Shown here: one piece after another, positions 45,332 through 53,745 of the stretch
Numbering within the stretch: position 1 is the first letter of the stretch
Layout: every line of letters starts with the position of its first letter
Assembly (NCBI GenBank): GCA_018812715.1
Contig: JAHJCT010000030.1
Coordinates: 23,318 to 87,317, forward strand
Origin: Candidatus Micrarchaeota archaeon
GTDB lineage: Archaea > Micrarchaeota > Micrarchaeia > Anstonellales > Bilamarchaeaceae
Reading direction: 5' to 3'
Length of the DNA stretch: 64,000 nt
Position numbers and translations under genes: made by a program
Notes under the pieces: model-generated
What the model was told of the DNA's origin: nothing
Seen by the model: the letters and a program-made list of their open reading frames with translations, nothing else
Databases searched by the model: none

Positions 45332-45867
45332 ATTGCCTTGAGAAGATCTGCTTTAGTTACAATACCAACGAGCCTTCCTTTATTCTCAATAAGAACCGCA
45401 GAGTAATAGCATAAAAGATCTGCAATAGCATCTACTAAAGAATTGGCCGGGACTGTCGGGAAGCTGCTGCGCATAACATCTTCAACTAATGTTGATTTGA
45501 AATTACGATCACCATCAGATACTAGTTCAACGACCATGCTCTCTGATATACTGCCAATGCATTTTCCATCTTCAAGAACAGGAAGCTGGGAAATGTCTTT
45601 TGTTCTCATAAGTTTTACTGCTTTTTCAAGAGTATCCCCGGGTTTTACTGAAATGATGTTCAATGACATCACTTCTCTGACCATTTTCTTTTCTTTATTC
45701 TGCTCTTTTTCAAGTGCCTGAAAGATCTGCACTACCTTGGAATAAGCAGGATCGATTTTTCCTGATTCAATCTTGGCTATTAATGACTGGGATACTCCAG
45801 CTAAATCAGCGAGCTGCTTCTGTGTGAGTCCAAGATTCTTCCGCATTTTGGGGATTTTTTTAATCAT
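45328..45867 (-). CDS. XRE-type HTH plus CBS-pair transcriptional regulator
   Basis: LGLTQKQLADLAGVSQSLIAKIESGKIDP HTH followed by two CBS-like modules; 4-nt convergent overlap with the island's last gene. Confidence 0.8.
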   Translation of the reverse strand: MIKKIPKMRKNLGLTQKQLADLAGVSQSLIAKIESGKIDPAYSKVVQIFQALEKEQNKEKKMVREVMSLNIISVKPGDTLEKAVKLMRTKDISQLPVLEDGKCIGSISESMVVELVSDGDRNFKSTLVEDVMRSSFPTVPANSLVDAIADLLCYYSAVLIENKGRLVGIVTKADLLKAI

Positions 45868-45900
45868 AAATTATTCTTTTAGGAATATAAAAATAAAAAG

Positions 45901-46704
45901 CTATACTGAAGCTGCATGATCAATAAAATTGATAAGTACCTTCTCATCATGGCGTTGCTGGGCTTTTATTTTTATTCTTGATATGTCCATCATTTTGGAG
46001 AGCCAGCGTTTTCTTTCATTTACTAGTTCACTTATATTATGAGGCAAATAATCAGGATGGAATTGTACGCCCCAAGTAGATTCTCCAATCCTATATGCCT
46101 GGACCATGCCGGGAATATCACCATAGGCAAGTACTCTAGTGCCTCTTGGTGGATGGGGCAGGTAACAAAAATGAGAGAAAAGCCCTTCAAAATCATTCGG
46201 CAGATCTTTGAAAAGAACATCATACTTACCATATTCAGTTTTGTAAACCGGTGCAAAGCCTATCTCTGCATTATGGGGTTTTGGTATTTTTCTTACAAAT
46301 GCCCCATGAGCTGCTGCAATGGCCTGATGCCCAAAACAAATGCCAAGCATGGAAGTGGAAGAAGGAACATCACGTATGAATTCTAGAAGATTTTCCATCC
46401 AGGGGTGTTTTTGTATACCCCCAACATCGATATGAAGTTTTGAACCGGGTATAATAATAGTATCATATTTTTCAATATCAGGATAGTCGTGTTTTCTCCC
46501 TGCTGGCCAGTAGAGTCTTGGTTTGATTGTAACATTGCGCCAGTGTGCAAATGCCTGAACCCTTCTGCTGACTAGCTCACTAATCGTCCATTTGGCGCCT
46601 CCATAAGACATCATCTCCTGATCTCTGGGGCTGCAATCTATGATTGCTACTTTCAAAGGCTCTGCATCACATACATAACCCATAACTGTCACCATTGGGT
46701 CCAT
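45901..46704 (-). CDS. Class-I glutamine amidotransferase-like protein
   Basis: MLGICFGHQ nucleophile motif and downstream QFHPD(Y) His motif. Confidence 0.7.
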   Translation of the reverse strand: MDPMVTVMGYVCDAEPLKVAIIDCSPRDQEMMSYGGAKWTISELVSRRVQAFAHWRNVTIKPRLYWPAGRKHDYPDIEKYDTIIIPGSKLHIDVGGIQKHPWMENLLEFIRDVPSSTSMLGICFGHQAIAAAHGAFVRKIPKPHNAEIGFAPVYKTEYGKYDVLFKDLPNDFEGLFSHFCYLPHPPRGTRVLAYGDIPGMVQAYRIGESTWGVQFHPDYLPHNISELVNERKRWLSKMMDISRIKIKAQQRHDEKVLINFIDHAASV

Positions 46705-46827
46705 TATTTACATGGGGATGTAAACTCACAAAAAAGGTTTTAATAAGTGTTGTAACTTTTTGCAAGTGCCAGAGGAACTGGCATTCATAAGCCCTTAAAA
46801 ATACAACGTCATATTTGTCAATAAATT

Positions 46828-49011
46828 TTGGTGATACTCGTGAAAATCCTGATAACTTCAGCATTACCTTATGTGAATAATGTACCGCATTTAGGCAATA
46901 TTATAGGATGTGTTTTATCTGCAGATGTTTTTGCAAGATATTGTAGGTCTAAAGGCTATGAATGCCTGTACATATGCGGAACAGATGAATATGGAACTGC
47001 AACTGAGATAAAGGCATTAGAAGAGGGAGTTACACCAAGAGAAATATGTGACAAATATTACAAAATACACAAAGATATCTACGAATGGTTTGGGATCAAG
47101 TTTGATATTTTTGGAAGAACATCAACAGAGAAGCATACGAAGATAACCCAGGATATTTTTCTTAAGCTTCATGAAAATGGATATATTATTGAGGATGATG
47201 TAGAACAATTTTATGATGAAAAAGCAGCTATGTTTCTTGCAGACAGATACATAGAGGGCATATGTAGTTATTGTAATTATGATGGAGCAAGATCGGACCA
47301 GTGTGATAAATGCGGGAGATTGTTACAACATGGAGAACTAAAAAATCCGATAAGTAAGATAACAAAAACAACTCCAGTTCTAAAGAAAACAAAACACTTG
47401 TTCATTAATCTTCCAGGAATAGAAAAAGAGTTAGGCGAATGGATAGAAAAGAGCTCTAGAGATGGATTCTGGTCTGAGAATTCAATAAATATAGCAAAAT
47501 CCTGGCTTCGTGAAGGACTGAAAAAAAGGGCAATAACAAGAGATTTGAAATGGGGGGTTCCTGTTCCGCTGAGGGGGTGGGAAAATAAGGTATTTTATGT
47601 CTGGTTTGAGGCCCCGATAGGGTATCCATCTATTACTGCAAATCTTACTGAAAAATGGGAAGGGTGGTGGATGAATCCAAACGAAGTAAAGCTATACCAA
47701 TTCATGGGAAAGGACAATGTACCATTTCATACTGTAATATTCCCTTCAACACTTATAGGAACAAAGCAGCCATGGACATTGCTCCATCACATAAGCACTA
47801 CAGAATTCCTTAATTATGAAGATGGAAAATTCTCAAAATCAAGGCATGTGGGAGTATTTGGTGATGATGCGATGAAATCCGGCATCCCAAGTGATGTCTG
47901 GAGATATTATCTTCTTGTAAACCGTCCTGAAAAAGCAGACACTGTATTTACGTGGGAGGATTTTGCTGATAAGACAAATAATGAATTGCTTGCTAATCTT
48001 GGAAATCTTGTGAACAGGACACTTATATTTTTGAAAAATAATTTCGATGGGAAGATTCAGGGTGGAGAAAATGAAACAGATAAACAATTCCTTGAACAAC
48101 AACAAAAGATTGTAAACGAAATTACTGAAGATCTGGAAAAGGTCAAACTCAAAGACGCTCTTCACAAAATAATGCACTATTCCAAAAATGCAAACAAATA
48201 TTTCCAGGATAATAAACCATGGGAAAGTGTAAAGAATGATAAAGAACGTGCAGGAGTAGTCTTAACCGTACTTACAAATCAGGTAAAGGATCTTGCAATA
48301 ATGATAGAACCATATCTTCCGGATACGAGCAAGAAAATATTTGAACAGTTGGATGTAGAACCGGGCAAATGGAAAGACATTGGAAAACCATTGGCTGAAG
48401 GACATGAAATAGGTTCTCCAAAACCACTTTTCAAAAAAGTTGAAGAAAAAGAACTCAGTGAATTAAGAAAGAAATTTGCGGGTAAAGAAAAGGAGGAAAT
48501 AAAGTTCTCAGACCTTGATCTCGAAGTTGGAGAGATTATTAGTGCAGAAAGGCATCCGAATGCAGACAAATTGTTCATTGAAAAAGTGAGATTAAGTGAT
48601 GGGGAAAGGCAGATAGTTTCTGGCCTTGCTGACCATTATTTTCCTGAAAATTTGGTTGGAAAGAAAGTTGTGATTGTAAAAAATCTTGCCACAGCAAAGC
48701 TTAGAGGAGTAGAGTCTCATGGCATGCTTTTGGCTGCAGAAGGAAGAGAAATGGCCCCAATGCACGACGGAAAATCTGCTATGGAAAAAGAAGTGGTAGA
48801 AGTAATTTTCTGTGAAAATAGTAAAGTTGGCAATAAAGTTTTCCTTAAAGGCGAGAAACAAAAACCAAAAGAAACAGTAACATTCAAAGAATTCCAGAAA
48901 ATAAAGATTGAAGTACTTGATTATTATATTTTATCGGAAGGCAAATCTATCATAACTGAAAGTAATGAAGAGCTTAAGATGAAAAATGTGAAAAAGGGAA
49001 TTGTTACATGA
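46828..49011 (+). CDS. metG: Methionyl-tRNA synthetase with C-terminal tRNA-binding (EMAP-like) domain
   Basis: SALPYVNNVPHLGN (HIGH), zinc knuckles CSYC...CDKCG, KFSKSRH (KMSKS). C-terminal LEVGEIISAERHPNADKL OB-fold. Start may be GTG 46840. Confidence 0.95.
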   Translation: MVILVKILITSALPYVNNVPHLGNIIGCVLSADVFARYCRSKGYECLYICGTDEYGTATEIKALEEGVTPREICDKYYKIHKDIYEWFGIKFDIFGRTSTEKHTKITQDIFLKLHENGYIIEDDVEQFYDEKAAMFLADRYIEGICSYCNYDGARSDQCDKCGRLLQHGELKNPISKITKTTPVLKKTKHLFINLPGIEKELGEWIEKSSRDGFWSENSINIAKSWLREGLKKRAITRDLKWGVPVPLRGWENKVFYVWFEAPIGYPSITANLTEKWEGWWMNPNEVKLYQFMGKDNVPFHTVIFPSTLIGTKQPWTLLHHISTTEFLNYEDGKFSKSRHVGVFGDDAMKSGIPSDVWRYYLLVNRPEKADTVFTWEDFADKTNNELLANLGNLVNRTLIFLKNNFDGKIQGGENETDKQFLEQQQKIVNEITEDLEKVKLKDALHKIMHYSKNANKYFQDNKPWESVKNDKERAGVVLTVLTNQVKDLAIMIEPYLPDTSKKIFEQLDVEPGKWKDIGKPLAEGHEIGSPKPLFKKVEEKELSELRKKFAGKEKEEIKFSDLDLEVGEIISAERHPNADKLFIEKVRLSDGERQIVSGLADHYFPENLVGKKVVIVKNLATAKLRGVESHGMLLAAEGREMAPMHDGKSAMEKEVVEVIFCENSKVGNKVFLKGEKQKPKETVTFKEFQKIKIEVLDYYILSEGKSIITESNEELKMKNVKKGIVT

Positions 49012-49637
49012 ATGCTGTTGTAGCTGTATTGTTCTTCATAATCGGAACAGTAGCAATGGTTACCTTTTACACAAACGAGATTTTGCTTTTTGTAGTAATG
49101 GGAAGTGCAGTTATTGTAATTCTGGCAATAGACAAATGGAAAAGAACAAATCATTTTCTTATTGCAATGTTGGTAGGCGGGGCATGTGAAAACATTGCTG
49201 TTTTCCTAGGAGCATGGAATTATACTAATGCCAATTATCTTTTTGCTCCAATATGGCTGCCAGTTGGTTGGGGAATGGCAGTTGTACTTTTAGAAGAGGC
49301 ATTTTCTACAAATGTTCCAGTAGTTTTTTCCAAAAGGTCCATAGCATTGGCCTTTGGAGGAACAGTATTAGTTGGCCTGAATTTTTCTTATGAATTGGGA
49401 ATTTTGATGGCCTTTGCAATAATTACTATAATTCTTTTTACTTTTGGTTATTACAAACGCTCGGAAGTTAAGATAGGAATATTTGCTGCTGTTTTTGGAA
49501 CAGTGATGGAAACAAGCTGCATAATTGCCGGGAATTGGCATTACAGTGCAGCAATGCTTGGAACACCCCTATGGCTTCCGCTCTGCTGGTTTAATGCTTT
49601 TTTAATAATGAGAAGAGTAATAAGGTTAGGCAACTAA
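49008..49637 (+). CDS. Hypothetical integral membrane protein
   Basis: About 6 hydrophobic helices; ATGA overlap with the metG stop. Confidence 0.5.
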   Translation: MNAVVAVLFFIIGTVAMVTFYTNEILLFVVMGSAVIVILAIDKWKRTNHFLIAMLVGGACENIAVFLGAWNYTNANYLFAPIWLPVGWGMAVVLLEEAFSTNVPVVFSKRSIALAFGGTVLVGLNFSYELGILMAFAIITIILFTFGYYKRSEVKIGIFAAVFGTVMETSCIIAGNWHYSAAMLGTPLWLPLCWFNAFLIMRRVIRLGN

Positions 49638-50009
49638 AACTCCATTGATTATGCCATCCTGGCCCACACGATTAGTAACGCGGACTTTGCCAAGATTGGT
49701 TTCAAGTACTGCACCTTTTGTGATGATGTTCATTCTGACGTATTCAGGATTGTGGCTCTCAACAACTTTGGTAATTTTTGCTTTTTTTGTCCCTTCTTTT
49801 GTTACGACATTCACAGAAACAGCTTTTTTGATTTTTAAACCTGAGTTTCCGCCTCGTGTGCGTTTTTTTACATGAACGTCTTTGTCAGAAACTTTGGTTG
49901 CAGTAAAAACTCCACCCATGTGAGCGAGTTTCTTATCTCTAAACTTACGTCTCCTGCCACCTGTACCGGCATTTACTTTCTTAGTATGAGATCTGTGATA
50001 TTGATCCAT
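49626..50009 (-). CDS. rps8e: 30S ribosomal protein S8e
   Basis: HRSHTKKVNAGTGGRRRKFRDKK N-terminus typical of S8e. Confidence 0.88.
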   Translation of the reverse strand: MDQYHRSHTKKVNAGTGGRRRKFRDKKLAHMGGVFTATKVSDKDVHVKKRTRGGNSGLKIKKAVSVNVVTKEGTKKAKITKVVESHNPEYVRMNIITKGAVLETNLGKVRVTNRVGQDGIINGVLVA

Positions 50010-50069
50010 TTGAAAACCTCTATAGAAGTATAAAAAAGATATAACGAGACGGCTTTTAAAATATATCCA

Positions 50070-50501
50070 TTAGGCCGAAGGACATATTTCACGTAATGTT
50101 GTTACATCTTTGGCTTTTATTGCTGCTATAGCTGCGCCATAATTCTCCCTAAACTCATGAAGGTCAACAGAGGCTGTAAATACTCGGTTCAGACGACTGA
50201 TTCTCTCAGCTGCAATGCCTATTTCGCCAAAGCTTTGACTTGGTTTTAGCGGTAATTCTCTAAGCTGAGAATGGTCATCAGGAATCATAGGACCATAAAG
50301 TTTGAGAAAAAGAACTGTCGGCACTGGAAAATGCTTAACAGTTACTTGTGCCTGGACAAAAACCTCACCCCTCTCTGTTAATATTACTGTTATTGGAAAT
50401 GATTTTCTCAGTTTATCCTGGCCTGGGAGGGTAGCGACAGTAGGGATTTTTCCGGTTGGTCTTGTATCACTACCTCTAAGTGTTTTTGAACTAAAAGTCA
50501 T
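50070..50501 (-). CDS. Hypothetical protein (143 aa)
   Basis: ORF only. Confidence 0.4.
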   Translation of the reverse strand: MTFSSKTLRGSDTRPTGKIPTVATLPGQDKLRKSFPITVILTERGEVFVQAQVTVKHFPVPTVLFLKLYGPMIPDDHSQLRELPLKPSQSFGEIGIAAERISRLNRVFTASVDLHEFRENYGAAIAAIKAKDVTTLREICPSA

Positions 50502-50552
50502 ATTACAATAATTAGTGGTAATGATTTTAAATTAGCGGGTTAAGACAATAAT

Positions 50553-50897
50553 ATGCAGGTTTTTAGTTTAGCTAGGCCACCTGAAATCGAAAAGTTTGAT
50601 GCAGTGATAATAAGAAGAGATGCAGTTGAATCAATGGAAGAAATAGAACTTGCATATTACCTTGCAAAAAAAGCATTTGAAAACAAACAAAATATTGCCA
50701 AGCAATTCAAATATGAATTCTTATTATGGCTCTCTGGAACAAGAGATATAAAGAATGCATTAAAGAAAACAGTACCAAAAGATGAATGTTTACTTATTTT
50801 GTTTAGTGGCTCAAAACCAAAGGAGGGTAAAGAAATACAACTTAAAAAGACAGGAGATCCACTTAGATTAGAGGCGATAGCACTCAGCAGAATTTAA
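50553..50897 (+). CDS. cgi121: KEOPS complex subunit Cgi121-like
   Basis: IAKQFKYEFLLWLSGTRDIKNALKKT closely resembles the archaeal Cgi121 core as I recall it from M. jannaschii (IAKSFWMEILVRASGQRQIHEAIK). Confidence 0.6.
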   Translation: MQVFSLARPPEIEKFDAVIIRRDAVESMEEIELAYYLAKKAFENKQNIAKQFKYEFLLWLSGTRDIKNALKKTVPKDECLLILFSGSKPKEGKEIQLKKTGDPLRLEAIALSRI

Positions 50898-50944
50898 CTC
50901 TTCGTACCAAGAAGTCCATATCCTGAACCGCAGTTATGGTATGT

Positions 50945-50968
50945 CATGAACGGCAAGCCGTTCATGAG
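50945..50968 (+). repeat. Perfect 11-bp-stem palindrome (putative IS left-end hairpin)
   Basis: tcatgaacggc-aa-gccgttcatga. A second hairpin ggtcga-atcg-tcgacc lies about 12 nt downstream. Confidence 0.7.
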
Positions 50969-51098
50969 CATGATCAAGGTCGAATCGTCGACCGTGACAT
51001 GAATGAATTGGCACCATTTATTCCCATAATTTCCCCGATGTTACTCCGCGGAAATGAACCGTGTAAAGGTATATAAAAAAGCTAATGGAAAGAAAAAT

Positions 51099-52295
51099 AT
51101 GGTAATTAGAGCCTACAAATTCCGTCTGTATCCGAACAAAGAGCAACGAAAGGGGATGCAGACGCATCTATGGCTCTCCAAGAATCTTTGGAACGGCGGG
51201 TTAGAATTTGCAAAACAACTGTATAAAGATTATGAGAAGTTTCCAACAAGGCAGACGTATCAAGAGATAAGCAAGAACTCAGGACTGCATTCGCAGGTAG
51301 CCCAAGATGTTTTCATACGTCTCCATATGGCTCTCAAAGCAAAAATCAGGCGCAAGAAAGCAGGTCTCAAAGGAGGTTTTCCACGTTTCAAATCAATAGA
51401 CAGGGTGAAAAGCCTGCACTATCCTCAGTCAGGATTCTCTCTCAAAGAAAGGAAACTGAAAGTATCTCCATTCGGAGAAATCAACATCAAGAAACATGGG
51501 GAAGTTGAAGGAACGATCAAAACGCTGACGCTCAAAAGAGAATCGTCAGACAAATGGTATGCAATTCTGACGGCAGAAACAGAACCAATCAACGTGCCTA
51601 GGAAGGAAGGGGAACAGATAGGTATAGACCTCGGTTTGATGACTTTTGCAACCGTTTCCAATGGAGAGCAAATCAAGAAACCGAAGCACATGAAAATCTA
51701 TGAGGATAGACTGGCAGATGCTCAGAGAGACCTATCTAAGAAGAAACTCAGAAGCATGAATAGAAGGAAGGCAAAACTGAAAGTTGCAAGAGTCTACGCC
51801 AAAGTAGCTGATACAAGAAAGGACTGGTTGCATAAGACAGCCAATAGTCTCATCTCACGATACTCCGTGATAGTATTGGAAGACCTTGACGTGCAAGGCA
51901 TAGCAGAAGAACATGGGAAGGGAGTAAATGATGCAGGGTGGAGCATATTCACGAATATAATTTCCTACAAGGCTGAAAGTGCTGGTTGTGAAGTGGTATT
52001 TGTGAATCCGAAAAATACGTCTAAAGATTGTAGCAGATGTGGAATCTGTGTGCCAAAGGAGCTATGGGAAAGACAGCATGGTTGTCCTTTTTGTGGTCTG
52101 ATCATGGATAGAGATCTCAATGCTGCAATAAATATACTCAATAGATGTTTGAAAGCAAAGCTTTCAGACAGGCAGGAAACAAAGTTTCCTGGAGCTACCG
52201 TCGGGACGACGGAAAGTAACGCCTGTGAAGATGAAACGATAGTTTCGTCTATGAAACAGGAAGCTATAACTTCGGCGCAAGCCAAGTTATGGTAG
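51099..52295 (+). CDS. tnpB: TnpB (RuvC-like RNA-guided nuclease, IS605 OrfB family)
   Basis: AYKFRLYPNKEQ N-terminus. RuvC motifs IGIDLGL, VLEDL and DRDLNAAINI. Zinc finger CSRCG...CPFCG. Likely start MVIRAYKF at 51099 (tracked ORF from 51054). Confidence 0.9.
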   Translation: MVIRAYKFRLYPNKEQRKGMQTHLWLSKNLWNGGLEFAKQLYKDYEKFPTRQTYQEISKNSGLHSQVAQDVFIRLHMALKAKIRRKKAGLKGGFPRFKSIDRVKSLHYPQSGFSLKERKLKVSPFGEINIKKHGEVEGTIKTLTLKRESSDKWYAILTAETEPINVPRKEGEQIGIDLGLMTFATVSNGEQIKKPKHMKIYEDRLADAQRDLSKKKLRSMNRRKAKLKVARVYAKVADTRKDWLHKTANSLISRYSVIVLEDLDVQGIAEEHGKGVNDAGWSIFTNIISYKAESAGCEVVFVNPKNTSKDCSRCGICVPKELWERQHGCPFCGLIMDRDLNAAINILNRCLKAKLSDRQETKFPGATVGTTESNACEDETIVSSMKQEAITSAQAKLW

Positions 52296-52296
52296 T

Positions 52297-53685
52297 TCAC
52301 AGTTCAAGCTGCTTGGCTAGTATATCACGATCTATTGGAAGCTCTATTCCGAGCACTTGATGGATAAATATAAACATATCAATGATTTGAGAGCGGTCTT
52401 GGGTTATTTTATCTGCCATTTGTTTGATAGTAAGATCTTTTCCTATAAGCTCATAGAGCATAAGACCTTCTTTACCATATCTTTTGTACACTGAATAACC
52501 ATCATCTCCATACTTTTTGTGTACGTCTGATCTAGAAAGCGCTTTCATTATTATCATGCCATTTTCAAGTAAGAAATGAAGCATGGAAAAAACAGTGTAA
52601 AGAGGAATATTTAGTTTAAGAGCGATATCAATTGTATCATTCTTACCATCAATTAGTTCAAGTAATTTATTGCCCTTATCTCCAAGTTTAAGCATGACTT
52701 TGGCCTTCATTTGCACTGATTTGACAATATCAAGGGGTGCTTTTACAGGAATTTCTAGTGGAGAAGGTACTGCACGCGCTTCTTCCAATGATTCTTCACC
52801 TTCTATCATTGGAACGAAACCTGTGGCCTTTCTTGCAGATGCTGGTGGTGGAGCAGGTCCTCTTGTTGCATAGCCACGTGGCGGCGGGCCTCTCGGGGGA
52901 GGTGGGCCCCTGCCTTTCTTGCCTTTTGGATAGTCGAGTTTGATTATTCCTTGTTCATCCATAAAGTCAAGCATTTCAACAAGTTTTGCTTCTGTGAGGC
53001 CAGTTTCACTCATAATTTCCTCTGCAGTTCTTTGGCCATCTATAAGTGAGTAGACCTGTAATCCCAAATCCCCATATTTATTAGAGATTATTTTCTCCAC
53101 TGGACTAAGATTAGATTTTTCTTCTGGTTCTTCTTCATGAACCATTGTTATTTCTTCCTCTGGAGGTTCTGCTGGTTTTTCTTCTTCTGGTTCTTCCTCT
53201 TCTGGTTCTTCTTCAGGTTTTTCTTCAACAGGTTTCTCTTCATCTTCAAATTCTATGGGTTTTATCTCTTCAAAAGTAATTTCTTCTTGGGGCTCTTCTT
53301 CTAATGGGATTACTTCTTCCTCTTCTTCGGCAGGTAATTCCTCTAATGTTGGTTCTTCTTCAGTAGGTTCTTCTACAGGTTTTTCTTCTTCTGCTGGTTT
53401 TTCCCTAGGCAATTCTTTTGCAGGAGGCGCACCTTCCCCGGAAGGTTCAAGTTCAATCATTCCTGCATCTTGCATATAATTAATGACTTGATCAAAGACC
53501 TGTGGATCGACACCAAGGTCTTGCTTGAGTTCTTTAGTGGTTCTCTTGCCAGTAATTGATTTGTAGATATGAAGGCCTATTTCTCCGAATTTTTTGATAA
53601 GGAGATTCTGATTTTTGAATCTTTGAAGAGGGCCCTTCTCGACTTTTTTTATTCTATAATCTGAACCCTGTACCATTAATACCAC
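52297..53685 (-). CDS. Acidic protein with four winged-helix-like modules and Glu/Pro-rich linkers
   Basis: Four modules of about 50 aa (e.g. DLGLQVYSLIDGQRTAEEIMSETGLTEAKLVEMLDFMDEQGIIKL). They are separated by EEPEEEKP-type and PPPRGPPPRG linkers. Divergent from the pilus operon. Confidence 0.6.
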   Translation of the reverse strand: MVLMVQGSDYRIKKVEKGPLQRFKNQNLLIKKFGEIGLHIYKSITGKRTTKELKQDLGVDPQVFDQVINYMQDAGMIELEPSGEGAPPAKELPREKPAEEEKPVEEPTEEEPTLEELPAEEEEEVIPLEEEPQEEITFEEIKPIEFEDEEKPVEEKPEEEPEEEEPEEEKPAEPPEEEITMVHEEEPEEKSNLSPVEKIISNKYGDLGLQVYSLIDGQRTAEEIMSETGLTEAKLVEMLDFMDEQGIIKLDYPKGKKGRGPPPPRGPPPRGYATRGPAPPPASARKATGFVPMIEGEESLEEARAVPSPLEIPVKAPLDIVKSVQMKAKVMLKLGDKGNKLLELIDGKNDTIDIALKLNIPLYTVFSMLHFLLENGMIIMKALSRSDVHKKYGDDGYSVYKRYGKEGLMLYELIGKDLTIKQMADKITQDRSQIIDMFIFIHQVLGIELPIDRDILAKQLEL

Positions 53686-53745
53686 ATTTAGACTACTAAT
53701 GATATCAGCAAAATGTTTATTAAAATACGTAATTCATATTAGCGC

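Larger units (their letters stand above)
50898..52310 (+). mobile_element. IS200/IS605-family element, tnpB-only (IS1341-like); boundaries approximate
   Basis: tnpB ORF preceded by a subterminal perfect palindrome and a second hairpin. The 3' end of the ORF is hairpin-rich (omega-RNA-like). No tnpA. Confidence 0.7.

Noticed and set aside
15369-50501. A shared N-terminal signal among the orphan proteins (SKRLRGPGEDTP in the 558-aa protein, SKTLRGSDTRP in the 143-aa protein, TKRTGADGAV in the 203-aa protein)
   Set aside because: The similarity covers only 6-8 basic or Thr-rich residues and is within chance for short N-termini. It is not reported as a finding.
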